A stretch of DNA of 64,000 nt, from assembly GCA_963668645.2 (NCBI GenBank), contig CAXXWC010000018.1, forward strand, positions 558,860-622,859. The letters run 5' to 3'. Each line of letters opens with the position of its first letter. The first letter of the stretch is position 1. The notes beneath the pieces were generated by a model. It was not told where the DNA came from, made no database searches, and was given only the letters and a program-made list of their open reading frames with translations. Made by a program: the position numbers and the translations under genes. Source of the stretch: Desulfobacterales bacterium (GTDB lineage Bacteria; Desulfobacterota; Desulfobacteria; Desulfobacterales; UBA2174). This document shows positions 36,865-47,815 of this stretch, piece after piece.

Positions 36865-38045
36865 GTCGATCCGGGTGCGGCGCTGCGCAGCGCACCGGTC
36901 TCGCGTTTTACCCCGATTGCGATTTTGAGCAGTCCGGTTAGACAGAGTCCGCCGATTGCATAAACCCCCAGAGAGATCAGCAGCTCGGCAAGCGTAGGGG
37001 TGTATTCGACGACCTCGTGCAAAGGGGTCGGAATAAATCCGCCGGTCACCAGGCCAAGCCCCTTGTCGATCCAGATACCGGTAAAAACCAGCGCGCAACC
37101 GGCTGCCAGTCCGCCGGAACTGTTGCGCACCGCTGGGATCAGGAGGAGAAATTGAGCCGTGACCATCGAAAGCAGTGATATCCTCATCCATGGCACCAGC
37201 GACGATGCGCCGTCAAGCCCCAAGTAGAGATAGACGAAGTGGTCCATATGCTCCGGGATCTGCGAGTAGGCGACCACGAACACCTCGCAGAGCAGGAAGA
37301 AGAGGTTGCCCAAAAGTCCGTAGGTGACGATGACGGCAAGGGTGCGGATCGCTTTGGTGCCCGGGTCGAATCCGGTCAGCCGTTTCAGCGCCATGCACAA
37401 AAGGATGAGAAAGGCCGGACCGGATGCGAAAGCCGAGGCCAGAAAACGGGGCGCCAGGATCGCGGTGAGCCACAGCCCGCGCCCGGGAAGCCCGCAGTAG
37501 AGAAAGGCCGTGACCGTGTGAATGGCAAAGGCCCAGGGGATGGAAAGATAGATCAGGGGTTTGACCCAGGCAGGCGGGGCCGTGGCATTGCGCTGGGCTT
37601 CCAGCACGTTCCAGCCCACGACCAGGTTCAGGGCCAGGTATCCCACCAGCACGTTGCCGTCCCAAAAAATGATCGAGTTGGGGGTGGGGTACAGGAAGAT
37701 GTTGAGGGCCCGGGCCGGCTGGCCCAGGTCGACAAAAAGGAAAAGCAGGCACATGCAGATGGCGGCCACGGCCACGAACTCACCGATGATCGTGATGCGA
37801 CCGAAGGTCCGGTAGTCGTGAAGGTAGTAAGGGAGCACCAGCATGACGGCCGAGGCGGCCACGCCGACCAGAAACGTCAACTGCGCCACGTAAAATCCCC
37901 ACGATACGTCCCGTGACAGGCCGGTGAGTCCCAGGCCGAATTCAAGCTGCCGCAGCCACAGGACGGCTCCAACGGTTGCCAACGCTGCCAGAAGACCGAG
38001 CCACGCCCAGTATCGCCGGGATCCGCGCAGGACCAGTTCCAGCAT
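36861..38045 (-). CDS. dsrP: NrfD/PsrC family membrane protein, DsrP-like
   Basis: TGLSRDVSWGFY, FLVGVAASAVMLVLPYY, SIPWAFAIHTVTAFLY, WIDKGLG. Confidence 0.85.
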   Translation of the reverse strand: MLELVLRGSRRYWAWLGLLAALATVGAVLWLRQLEFGLGLTGLSRDVSWGFYVAQLTFLVGVAASAVMLVLPYYLHDYRTFGRITIIGEFVAVAAICMCLLFLFVDLGQPARALNIFLYPTPNSIIFWDGNVLVGYLALNLVVGWNVLEAQRNATAPPAWVKPLIYLSIPWAFAIHTVTAFLYCGLPGRGLWLTAILAPRFLASAFASGPAFLILLCMALKRLTGFDPGTKAIRTLAVIVTYGLLGNLFFLLCEVFVVAYSQIPEHMDHFVYLYLGLDGASSLVPWMRISLLSMVTAQFLLLIPAVRNSSGGLAAGCALVFTGIWIDKGLGLVTGGFIPTPLHEVVEYTPTLAELLISLGVYAIGGLCLTGLLKIAIGVKRETGALRSAAPGST

Positions 38046-38145
38046 GATCTCCTCCCCCAGTTGCACAGGTTTGCCGTTCATCGGCCGGAGTAAAAAAGCC
38101 GGCCGCAATGGACGGGGAGGTTACCGGTGGAGACTTAATCCTGAA

Positions 38146-41100
38146 TTAATCGTTGCCGAAGCCGCTCGATGGAGGATTGAAATGGGCGATCTTGTCTGCA
38201 GGCATTCCGGTCAGCAGGCCAAAAAGGGCTTCGGTATCCTTGCCCGGGGTGCTGTCCATCCCGGCGGCCAGGCCGAGGCGGCATTGCTGCATGGTTTCCA
38301 CGATGCGGGAGATCTGTCCGAGATGGAAGAAAAACTTCATCAAGGCGCGGTAAACGGGCTCGGCGCATTTGTCGATGGCCAGGTATCTTTCCGCGCAGGC
38401 GGCGGCCTGCTCCCACTGCTGCGCATCGGCACACAGGGTCATGATCCGCTCCAGCGCTTGCAGGCATCGGCTGCGCAGATAGCGCCTCGGCTCCACGAAG
38501 GCCTCGTCGAACATGTCCTCGGCAAAAAGCGGACCTGAATAGATCGCATCGGCTTGCTGGTAAAAGGACAATGCCCTTGCGGCGTCCTCGGCTTCGATGC
38601 GCCGGGCCGTTTCCAGGCGGGCCAAAAAGGTTCGAAAATCGATCGATCCGGCCGGTCCGGTTTCCAGGCGGTACCCGCTGTTTTGGCGCACAATGAAGGA
38701 AGACGGCATGCCGCGCTTCAGATCAGGCTCCAGCAGGCGGCGCAAAGCGTTGAGGGCCACATGGAAGCGCTGGTGGGTCCTGGAGGGGGGCTGCTCGGGC
38801 CAGAGGCGCTCCACGAGAACGTCTTTGGCAATAAAACCCTTCTCGATGGCCAGATACTGAAAGATTTTGCGGGCCGCTGTGCTGCGCCACCGGTTGGCGG
38901 CAAGCACCCGGTGCCCGACGGCAACCTCGAAGCCGCCCATGCAGCGTACGTGCAAGGACTGGTCCGTTGCGGGAATGGCCGCCAAAAGTTCCCGGCCCGC
39001 TTTCCGGATTCCGGCCTTGGCATGGCCCCGGCTGGTCAGCAGTTGATCCCTTGTGCGGGTTCCGTATTCTCGAAACCACCGGTCGATGAAGGCGCGCGAC
39101 CGGCCGCGGGCGTGGCAATGCAGCAGAACGGAAACCGCCCACGGTGCTTCTTCTGCCAGCCAAGGTCCATATCCGTACGTTTCGGCCAGGGACAAGGCCT
39201 CTTGCATCGTTGCGCCAGCCTCGGTCTCGTTTCCCTGTATGGTCCGGAGCCGTGACGCCAGCAGCAAGCACCCGAAGTGGTGAAATGTGCTGGCGGCGGT
39301 TGGCCCGCAACAGTCGTCCAGAACGGCCCGGGCCTGCTCGACGGCGCCGGTGTCCAGCAGCAGTTCCACTTTTCTCAGCACGAGGGCCTGGCGGGTCACT
39401 TTCAGATTCAGCCCCTCGATGAGTTGCAGCCCTCTGTGCATGCAATCGGCAGCCTCGTCGAGCCTGCCGCCGTGGCGATGGATCATGCTCAACGCCTCGT
39501 ATACAGAAGCCTGCCCCCACCGATTGGCATGACTGCCGAAGATCGCCAGGGCATCCGAGGCATCCATCAGCGCCTGCTCGATTTGGCCCAGTTTCGACGC
39601 GTTGAGGCATCGTGCGAGTCTGAGCCAGGCGTACTGGTGGTCGTAGATGCCCACTTTGTCTGCCATGGCCAGCCCCGCTTCGGCAAAATCGAGCCCTTCG
39701 CGATGCCGGGCGGTGTAATAGGCGCTCATGGCCGACTGGAAATTGGCCAAAGGCAAAAACGCTTGCATCCCGATGGCCTCGAATCGCTCGAGGGTCCTGG
39801 CATCGAGGGCCGCGGCGCGGTTGAAATCGCCGCTGTTGAGCAGCCGGTTGCTGTAGCATAGATCCAGCCAAGAGCCGACCAGGGGGCCGAGGGTTGGATG
39901 GCAGCGTCCCACCGGGTCGTCAAAGCCGGTGTAGAGCCGGTCGGCTTCGTTGAACGCTCCTGAAATGGCAGCGAAAAGGATCAAGTAGCCGTTGATTTCC
40001 GCGGCAAAAAACGGATCGTCATGGCGAAAGGTCTGCAAGGCCTTCAACCCGTCCTGCGCGCGCACGATGTCCCCGGTCAGATAGTGATGAAAGGCCAGGT
40101 CTTTGAGGCAGGCTGCGGTACCGGCCTGGTTGCCCTGGGTCCGGAACTGCTCCAGGGCGGCCTTGAATCCATCGATGGCGCCTTGCACATCTCCGCTTAT
40201 CGAGTCCAGTTTGGCTCGCAAATGCAAAAGACCGGCCCTGCCCGCCATCCGTTCACAGGGGATTCGGGCAATGGTGCGGGCCAAAAAGGGGAGCGGAAAG
40301 CGCACCAGGTCATTGAGGGTCAAGGCGGAGAGCAGCCGGCAGACGGAATCGAAGTCCGAGGCCTGCATATAGTGGCCGACAGCCGATTGGATGTCACCTC
40401 GGTCCTCGAAGCCCTTGGCGATATCCAGGTGCAGTCGTCGAATCTCACTTCCGTCCACTGTCCGCCCGAGCCGATCGAGAAGAAAATCCCTCAGCAACTG
40501 ATGGTAATAGTATCCATGGGCCTTGCCGGCGCAGCGAAAGGTGAGCAGATGGTCGCGGCACAGGGTTTCCAGAATCCGGGTTGTATTGCTGGTGCCGAAT
40601 ACGCATTCGCAGAAGGCGGGGTCGATCTGTTCCAGCAGGCTGGATTTGAGCATGAAAAGTCGATGGATCTCGGGCAGGTTGGCAAAAATGTTCTCTTCCA
40701 GGTACTGGAAAACGTGCCGGTTGGAATGGTTGTGAAACCGGCGGGCAGGCGATACCGTCTCATGCGGACGGTTTTCCAGGGTGCCGAGCATCAGGACGAG
40801 TCCGGCGATCCAGCCTTCGGTTTGCGCCAGAAGCTGCCGCGAGGTGATCCGGCCGGCGCTGGCAGGGAAAATCTGTGAGCGGAGTCCTTCGATTTCGTCG
40901 ATGCTGAAGGTCAGCAGCGCCTCGTTGATCTCGATGACCTCCATCATCGCCCTGAGACGGGAGAGCTTGAGAACGGGCTCGGTCCTTGCGATCAGAATCC
41001 AATGGAGCCGGGGCGGGCTCAACGACAACAGGGTTTCCACGGCATGGCGAATTTCGGCGCTGTCCTGCACGTGATGAAAATCGTCCAAAACGATGAACAG

Positions 41101-41487
41101 GTCTTCAGTCCGATCCGTCTGGAGCGCGCCGATCACCCTTTTCAGCAGCAGGTCTTGGCGCTTCGGAGACGTTGCCCCGGCTTCGATTCCGCGGCGGATG
41201 TTTTGGCTGCCGGAAACAAGCGGTTCGAGGGCGGCGACAAGGTATCGAATGAAAACGGAAAAATCACGATCCGTCTCATCGAGACGGTACCATGCGGTTC
41301 TGGCGTCCATTTCGCAAAGACTTTGGCACGCAAGAACTGTCTTGCCGTACCCGGCACCGGCCACCAGCAGTGCCAGCCGGCGTGACCGTATCTGGCTGAA
41401 AATGGCGTCCAGCCGGGGCCGCAAAAGCAGGCCGGCAACCCTGGGCGGGTTGATTTTGGATTGCATTAGGGGAGGATGGCGTTCCAT
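38146..41487 (-). CDS. MalT-like STAND ATPase/TPR regulator with C-terminal BTAD (SARP-type) region
   Basis: AGAGYGKT P-loop, VLDDFHHV, TEGWIAGL, YHQLLRDFL, LWPE...FHVALNALRRLLEP; start uncertain. Confidence 0.88.
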   Translation of the reverse strand: MERHPPLMQSKINPPRVAGLLLRPRLDAIFSQIRSRRLALLVAGAGYGKTVLACQSLCEMDARTAWYRLDETDRDFSVFIRYLVAALEPLVSGSQNIRRGIEAGATSPKRQDLLLKRVIGALQTDRTEDLFIVLDDFHHVQDSAEIRHAVETLLSLSPPRLHWILIARTEPVLKLSRLRAMMEVIEINEALLTFSIDEIEGLRSQIFPASAGRITSRQLLAQTEGWIAGLVLMLGTLENRPHETVSPARRFHNHSNRHVFQYLEENIFANLPEIHRLFMLKSSLLEQIDPAFCECVFGTSNTTRILETLCRDHLLTFRCAGKAHGYYYHQLLRDFLLDRLGRTVDGSEIRRLHLDIAKGFEDRGDIQSAVGHYMQASDFDSVCRLLSALTLNDLVRFPLPFLARTIARIPCERMAGRAGLLHLRAKLDSISGDVQGAIDGFKAALEQFRTQGNQAGTAACLKDLAFHHYLTGDIVRAQDGLKALQTFRHDDPFFAAEINGYLILFAAISGAFNEADRLYTGFDDPVGRCHPTLGPLVGSWLDLCYSNRLLNSGDFNRAAALDARTLERFEAIGMQAFLPLANFQSAMSAYYTARHREGLDFAEAGLAMADKVGIYDHQYAWLRLARCLNASKLGQIEQALMDASDALAIFGSHANRWGQASVYEALSMIHRHGGRLDEAADCMHRGLQLIEGLNLKVTRQALVLRKVELLLDTGAVEQARAVLDDCCGPTAASTFHHFGCLLLASRLRTIQGNETEAGATMQEALSLAETYGYGPWLAEEAPWAVSVLLHCHARGRSRAFIDRWFREYGTRTRDQLLTSRGHAKAGIRKAGRELLAAIPATDQSLHVRCMGGFEVAVGHRVLAANRWRSTAARKIFQYLAIEKGFIAKDVLVERLWPEQPPSRTHQRFHVALNALRRLLEPDLKRGMPSSFIVRQNSGYRLETGPAGSIDFRTFLARLETARRIEAEDAARALSFYQQADAIYSGPLFAEDMFDEAFVEPRRYLRSRCLQALERIMTLCADAQQWEQAAACAERYLAIDKCAEPVYRALMKFFFHLGQISRIVETMQQCRLGLAAGMDSTPGKDTEALFGLLTGMPADKIAHFNPPSSGFGND

Positions 41488-41906
41488 GAGCGCTGTTTCG
41501 GTATTCAAAAAGCCCGCCGTAATAGCTGATCCGGAGTCAAGCAAAGGAAATTGATACCGAGCGGCTTAAAATGTCAATTGATTTCCGATGCCAAACCCAA
41601 AGACGCTGATGGGTGCGGCCCGGTTCGAAACGGGAAATTCCGTGGCCTGAACTCAGGCGGTAAGTCCACTCTTGGCAGGCGGTCTCTCCATGGATAAGGT
41701 AGGCAGCGCGACACCGGTGATTTGCAAATTGACCTGCCAGGATCGATTTGATACTTTTTCCCCAAACGGCCAAGATCCCGAGCGCCATAAACGGCGAGCC
41801 GGATGCCCGTCACCCCGTATGACAGGCAAGACTCTTTCAGGGCAAAGAGTTTTTACGATGAGGCCGCTTCGAAACTCCCTTCAAGCAATTTGCCGGTGAG
41901 AACGAT

Positions 41907-42713
41907 ATGGCCAATCCGATAGAGCGCAATGATGTCGTGATCGGGTCCTGGTCGGAGCTTTGCGAGAGACTGTATGATGGCTCCTGGCAGGACGATATTA
42001 AAAGATTCAGATCCAACTTTGCTTTTCGCGGGCTGGCGGACAAGACATATAGCCTGGTCAACAGCTTCAAAAGAAACTGTGGCGATAAACCCGGACTGGA
42101 ATACCATCTTCTGCGAAACTTCAGGAAATACTCTCAACTCGGAGATCTCGATCTGACTTACTCCGACTGGAGATGGATGACCCTGGCGCAACACCATGGA
42201 CTTCCGACAAGATTGCTCGATTGGACATACTCGCCTTTCGTTGCCGTACATTTTGCAACGAGCCAGACGAATAAATACCACTTGGACGGTGTGATATGGG
42301 CGGTTGATTTCGTAAAGGTAAACCGATTGCTGCCAGCACCGTTGTTGAATCATCTCAATGATGCCGGTGCCAATGCCTTTACGGTCGGAATGTTAGAGAA
42401 AGCCGTTTCGGATGTAAGACAATTCGACAGGTTATCACCAGGGGAACTGGTCGTCTACTTCGAGCCGCCATCATTGGATGCCAGAATCGTGAACCAGTTC
42501 GCCTTGTTTTCAGTGATGTCGAGCCCAACGGCCGATTTGGACGGATGGCTTGTCCGGCATCCGGACCTGTTCCGGCGTATCATTATTCCGAAAGAGCTGA
42601 AGTGGGAAATCAGGGACAAGCTCGATCAGGCAAATATCACGGAGAGGATGCTGTTTCCCGGACTGGATGGACTGGCCTCATGGCTTCAACGGCACTATCA
42701 GCCAAGGATGTGA
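41907..42713 (+). CDS. FRG domain protein
   Basis: FAFRG, AQHHGLPTRLLDWTYSPFVAVHFA, LFPGLDG. Confidence 0.92.
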   Translation: MANPIERNDVVIGSWSELCERLYDGSWQDDIKRFRSNFAFRGLADKTYSLVNSFKRNCGDKPGLEYHLLRNFRKYSQLGDLDLTYSDWRWMTLAQHHGLPTRLLDWTYSPFVAVHFATSQTNKYHLDGVIWAVDFVKVNRLLPAPLLNHLNDAGANAFTVGMLEKAVSDVRQFDRLSPGELVVYFEPPSLDARIVNQFALFSVMSSPTADLDGWLVRHPDLFRRIIIPKELKWEIRDKLDQANITERMLFPGLDGLASWLQRHYQPRM

Positions 42714-42788
42714 GGCGCTGCCTTTAACGGGACAACAGGCCGTTTAAAAGAGCCAAGTCCGAGTTAAGGCGCATCCACAGGAACAACG

Positions 42789-44537
42789 ATGGAACTATTG
42801 AAATTCTTAATATTGAAATTTTTGATCATCGCTGCGGTGTTGGCAGCTGTTCAAGCTGACGCCGCTGACGATATCGATGCCCTTTCCCATGGAAAAATCA
42901 AGCGGGTATTAATCCTGAATTCAACCGACCCTGGCATGCCATGGCAGTCAATTTTTGATGAAGCAATACATAAAAAGTTGGCCAGCGTACCGGGTATGGA
43001 GATTGAAATTTTTACTGAATTCACCGGGATCGAGGCTAATTACACTCTGGACTATATGCGGCTTTTGCATGGCATCTTGAAGTATAAATATGAAAAGATA
43101 GCGATCGATTTGATTGTCGCATCGGCGGATCCTGTGATAGATTTTATGATTCTTTATGGAGAAAATCAATTTTCAAATATACCGATTCTGTTTGTCGCAG
43201 AGAAAGAAAAATTTCAACAAATCAGATTGCAGTCCAATATGACCGGTGTTTTTGAAACAGTGGAAATAGAGGATACACTGAAGTTGGCTCTCAAATTACA
43301 TCCCAAGACAAAAAATATTTTTGTCGTTTCGGGTGCTAGCGAATACGATATCTTTTATGAGAACAAGGCGCGTAAAGTTTTTAAAAATTATGGCAATGAT
43401 TTTAATTTTATCTATTTGAGCGGCCTGCCGATGGATGAGCTTCTTGAGAAATTGAGGCGAGTTCCGAAGTATACGATTCTGTTTTTTATGTTGATGACCC
43501 AAGATGGAGACGGGAGGCGTTTGATTCCCAAAAATGTTGTTACACAAATCAGGGAAGCGTCCAATTGTCCGGTATATGGCCTTTGGGATACCTTTCTAGG
43601 CAGTGGAATAGTCGGTGGAAATCTTTCAAGTGCCGAGGTTGCAGGAGACAAGATCGCTGAAATGGGATTGCGAATCCTGAATGGAGACAGTCCCGGGGAA
43701 GTACCGGTCGTAAAGGGATCTTTCAGATACATGTTTGATTGGAGGGAATTGGAAAGATGGGGAATCAAAGAAAGTCATTTGCCGGCGGACAGTATCATTC
43801 GATTCAGAAAGGTGTCTTTTTGGGAGGCGTATAAGTGGTATTTTATATTATACCTGCTTGTGGTAGCCGCGTGTGGATTGGGATACTTGCGCTACAGGAC
43901 CCGATCGTTTGAAAAGGAACTGAAAAAGCAAGAGGATATCAAAAAAACACTCGAAGAAAAAGTAAAAGAACGGACGGCCGATTTGGAAAAGGCAAACACA
44001 AAACTAGAGCGTCTTTCCAATGTTGACGGGTTAACCTCTCTTTTTAATCGTCGCTATTTCGATAGCGTTTTAGCAAAAGAATGGAAGCGTCACAGCCGCA
44101 ATAACCTGCCGTTGTCTCTCATAATGTGCGATATTGATTATTTCAAGAAATTCAACGACACTTACGGCCATCAAGCAGGCGATGATTGTTTGAAGATGGT
44201 CGCCAAAGCCATCAAAATGGAGGTTAAGCGTCCTTCTGATATCGCTGCGAGATATGGAGGTGAAGAATTTGTACTACTCTTGCCGGATACAGAATCGAAT
44301 GGTGCCCTGGTCATTGCGGATCATATTGGAGGCGCTGTTGAAAATCTCAATATAAGGCACTCCGCTTCGTTGATAAAATCAATCGTATCATTAAGTTTTG
44401 GTGTCGCGACAATTAATCCGGACCCAACTCATGATTCATCCGATCTCATCCTTGCGGCAGACAAGGCGCTATATTTAAGCAAAAATAGTGGAAGGGATAG
44501 GATAACAGTGTTTGGAGGAAAGAAGCAAAATGGATAA
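42789..44537 (+). CDS. Diguanylate cyclase with periplasmic ABC-substrate-binding-like sensor
   Basis: Signal peptide, periplasmic domain, TM, DGLTSLFNRR, RPSD I-site, GGEEF. Confidence 0.92.
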   Translation: MELLKFLILKFLIIAAVLAAVQADAADDIDALSHGKIKRVLILNSTDPGMPWQSIFDEAIHKKLASVPGMEIEIFTEFTGIEANYTLDYMRLLHGILKYKYEKIAIDLIVASADPVIDFMILYGENQFSNIPILFVAEKEKFQQIRLQSNMTGVFETVEIEDTLKLALKLHPKTKNIFVVSGASEYDIFYENKARKVFKNYGNDFNFIYLSGLPMDELLEKLRRVPKYTILFFMLMTQDGDGRRLIPKNVVTQIREASNCPVYGLWDTFLGSGIVGGNLSSAEVAGDKIAEMGLRILNGDSPGEVPVVKGSFRYMFDWRELERWGIKESHLPADSIIRFRKVSFWEAYKWYFILYLLVVAACGLGYLRYRTRSFEKELKKQEDIKKTLEEKVKERTADLEKANTKLERLSNVDGLTSLFNRRYFDSVLAKEWKRHSRNNLPLSLIMCDIDYFKKFNDTYGHQAGDDCLKMVAKAIKMEVKRPSDIAARYGGEEFVLLLPDTESNGALVIADHIGGAVENLNIRHSASLIKSIVSLSFGVATINPDPTHDSSDLILAADKALYLSKNSGRDRITVFGGKKQNG

Positions 44538-44860
44538 AAAGGCCAAGACAAGGGAATATAAAAATACGCCCCACCCTATGGGTGTTTTCAGGTAAGAAAC
44601 AAGATTAACGGCAAAATTCTTATCGGATCAAGCAACAATTTGCCGGCAATCTTTAACCGCATAAAATTCCAGCTAAGAATGGGTAGTTACCACAATCCTA
44701 TACTGCAGCAAGAATGGCTTTAGTATGGCCCGGAGGCTTTTGAATTTGAAGAACTGGAAATCTTGGAGCCATTGAATGACCACGGCTATAGCCCTTATGA
44801 TGATCTTCGTTTTCTTGCGGAACTGTGGAAAGAAAAATTGAAACCATATGGAGAGGACTG
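44530..44860 (+). pseudogene. GIY-YIG-like protein pseudogene
   Basis: MDKKAKTREYK...MGVF, frameshift near 44588, then QVRNKINGKILIGSS.NL..IFNR..FQL..G.....LQQEWL(stop)YGPEAFEFE. Confidence 0.7.
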
Positions 44861-44945
44861 ATATAATCCAAGAAAACCATAAACTTTCGAATTTTTTTCA
44901 TTGGAAGTTGGTCGCGATACGCTCAACACGAAGGGGAGGAGTATC

Positions 44946-45797
44946 ATGACATCGGCCGATTATAAAATAAAAACGATGTCCCGTGATCAAGTCGATATCG
45001 CCATCGAGTGGGCGGCATCTGAAGGGTGGAATCCCGGTCTGCATGATGGCGATTGTTTTTATTCGGCCGATCCGGAAGGATTTCTGGTTGGAGAACTCAA
45101 CGACGAACCCATTGCAGCCATTTCGGTTGTGAGATATGGCAGGACTTTCGGTTTTCTGGGCTTTTATATCGTTAAGCCGGAATATCGCGGCCAGGGATAT
45201 GGTATTCAGATATGGAATGCCGGCCTCGAACGTCTGGCGGGTCGAAATATCGGGCTCGATGGAGTTGTCGCCCAACAGGACAATTATAGGAAGTCAGGAT
45301 TCACGCTCGCTTATCGAAATATCCGGTATGAGGGCGCCGGAGGGGGACGGCCGCCCGGATACGCGAACATCGTGGACCTGTCTCGAGTCCCCTTTGACGT
45401 TGTCGCCGCTTATGACCGGCCCTTTTTCCCCGACAGTCGCTGCCAATTTCTCAAGGCCTGGATTGATCAGCCCGGGAGTGTCACCCTTGGAATCGTGCAA
45501 GATGAAAAATTGTTGGGCTATGGAATGGTTCGAACTTGTCGACTGGGGCACAAAATAGGCCCGCTGTTTGCGGATGATTTTGAATTGGCCGAATCTCTTT
45601 TTCTGGCGCTGAGATCCAACGTGGCGCCTGGAAGACCGATCTACCTGGATACGCCCGAAGTAAATAAAAACGCTGTTCGCTTGGCCGAGAAGCACAACAT
45701 GAAATTGGTTTTTGAAACAGCAAGAATGTACAAAGGAATCTTCCCTGACTTGCCATTCGATAGACTTTTCGGTGTCACAACTTTCGAGCTTGGTTGA
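44946..45797 (+). CDS. GNAT acetyltransferase (YitH-like tandem GNAT)
   Basis: EGWNPG, YIVKPEYRGQGYG, KIGPLFAD, FETARMY. Confidence 0.9.
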   Translation: MTSADYKIKTMSRDQVDIAIEWAASEGWNPGLHDGDCFYSADPEGFLVGELNDEPIAAISVVRYGRTFGFLGFYIVKPEYRGQGYGIQIWNAGLERLAGRNIGLDGVVAQQDNYRKSGFTLAYRNIRYEGAGGGRPPGYANIVDLSRVPFDVVAAYDRPFFPDSRCQFLKAWIDQPGSVTLGIVQDEKLLGYGMVRTCRLGHKIGPLFADDFELAESLFLALRSNVAPGRPIYLDTPEVNKNAVRLAEKHNMKLVFETARMYKGIFPDLPFDRLFGVTTFELG

Positions 45798-46225
45798 GCA
45801 CCAAACCAAGACCTCGATTGATTAGAAACAGTCAATACCAAGGCGATACCCCGGGTTTTGCCGTGACCGGTGCCGGCCCGCGGCGACGGGGGGCTTTTAT
45901 GGGTTTGCTATTCGATTCGGCTGGTTATGAAAATGTGGCTTGACCGTCTCGGGAGCCTTTGGTATGCCATGATTATTTGAGTGGCGCCAAAAACGGGAGG
46001 AGCCATGGATGTTTTGCCCTAAGACCCCAATCGCCAGAAAGAACGGCGCTTGGGGTTTGTTGTTATCCCCATGGCCACCGAAAGGCCGCCATGCAACGTT
46101 ACGGCCTTTGCGAAACTGCTCCCATATGCATGCATAGGCGGCCCTTTTCGAATGCGGCCGCGCCTTGTCGGACAGCCCGATTCGTTTTTGTTACGGTCGG
46201 TTAGCGCAATCAAAGGAGCCTAAAA

Positions 46226-47803
46226 ATGATATCATTTGCAAGGATTCGCACAAATGGCATTACCCCTTCATTAGCCGTGTTTTTGAGTTGCCTGACCTTC
46301 GTGCTGCCGTTTTCAGCGCCCACAGCGCTTGGCGCAGCGGATGTTGCCGACCTGGTTGAAGATGGAATGCAACGCTATCATTCAGGAAACTTCGGGGCGG
46401 CGGCGGATGCCTTTCGCCAGGCGGCGCTCAGCGCTCCGGGACAACCCGATGTCTATCTCTATCTTGGAACCACTAAATTGCAGGCCGGCGATCTTGCCGG
46501 CGCCATCCGTGCGTTCGAGCGCTACCTTCAACTGGCGCCTGAAGGGGATGCGGCCGATGCGGTGCGGCCAAATTTGACTCTGATCAAAAAGGCGTGGGCC
46601 AAACAGCAGGCCGAGGCCGCGGCCGGCGCGGAAAAGGCCCTGGCCCCCCTAACGGCCGAGGCTGAAAATACCATTGCCGTCTATGCCTTCGCCAATACGG
46701 GCGATTCCAAGTACGCCAACCTCTCGCGCGGCCTGGCGGCCATGATGATTCACGACATCTTCCAGCTGGAGCGCTTCAAGGTGGTCGAACGCGTGCGCAT
46801 GCAGGCGCTGCTCGACGAGCTGGCCCTGACCGGCAAGGGGGTGGTGGATCCGAATAGCTCGGCGGCGTCCGCACGCGTGCTTGGTGCCGGCAAGGTGATT
46901 GCCGGCATCTATGCGGCGGCCGCTGATCGCTTGAAGATAGATTCCAGCCTGGTGGATACCCTTTCCGAGGGCGTCGTCGACCAGCAAATGGCCCAAGGCC
47001 CCATGCCGGCTTTCTGGGAATTGGAAAAAATGCTCGTTTTTTCGGTACTCAAAGACATGGGGGTCGACAAAAGCCAGATTCTGCCCCGGATTTTGGCCAA
47101 GGTGGAGAAGGTCCACACCAAGAGCCTGGATGCCTTTTCAGCCTACTCGGACGGTCTGGCGGCCACCGACCTTGAAGATTATGCCGAGGCCAGGCGGCAG
47201 TTCGAACGGGCCTTGCAGCAAGATCCCCATTTCACACTGGCCGCCGACGCGCTCAAGGCGCTGCCCATGGCGGCCATGACAACGGCCCAGATCGTCTCTT
47301 CCATGGAGGCGGCGGCCCCGGCGACAGAGTCGGGCACCTTGCTGGCATCGGCGAGCAGCGGCGTTTCCACGCTGGGTATCGGTGCCGCAGTGGTGGCCGT
47401 GGCGGCCGGTGCGGCGGTGGTTGCAAGCGGTGGGAGCTGGGAAGGTTCAACTTCGGGGCTGGTGGATGTCGCAGGCACATGGAATTATATGCAAACTTCA
47501 ACTTCGTGCCGCAATACTGTCGCCCAGGGTACAATGACTTTTGATTATTTTAATACCGGAAACGGGTCTCAAATGATTGCAAGTATTGGAGGGGATAACA
47601 TATCGGAAGATTGTGAAACCTATGGAATACAATGTAGCGATGAAATATCCGTCGAAAGAAATCCTATGAGCGAAGGGGAGTTTCAAGAAATGATGAATCA
47701 GTTTTGTGATATTTTTTACACCCATCAGGTAACACAATTTACCGCAAACCAAATCGTTATATACGATTCGACATATGGTGAAACCTATACGCTTACACGT
47801 TGA
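46226..47803 (+). CDS. Exported TPR + CsgG/TolB-N-like domain protein with low-GC C-terminal domain
   Basis: Signal peptide, TPRs, IAVYAF...VVERVRMQALLDEL...ARVLGAGKVIAG. Confidence 0.8.
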   Translation: MISFARIRTNGITPSLAVFLSCLTFVLPFSAPTALGAADVADLVEDGMQRYHSGNFGAAADAFRQAALSAPGQPDVYLYLGTTKLQAGDLAGAIRAFERYLQLAPEGDAADAVRPNLTLIKKAWAKQQAEAAAGAEKALAPLTAEAENTIAVYAFANTGDSKYANLSRGLAAMMIHDIFQLERFKVVERVRMQALLDELALTGKGVVDPNSSAASARVLGAGKVIAGIYAAAADRLKIDSSLVDTLSEGVVDQQMAQGPMPAFWELEKMLVFSVLKDMGVDKSQILPRILAKVEKVHTKSLDAFSAYSDGLAATDLEDYAEARRQFERALQQDPHFTLAADALKALPMAAMTTAQIVSSMEAAAPATESGTLLASASSGVSTLGIGAAVVAVAAGAAVVASGGSWEGSTSGLVDVAGTWNYMQTSTSCRNTVAQGTMTFDYFNTGNGSQMIASIGGDNISEDCETYGIQCSDEISVERNPMSEGEFQEMMNQFCDIFYTHQVTQFTANQIVIYDSTYGETYTLTR

Positions 47804-47815
47804 CTTGATTGATAT

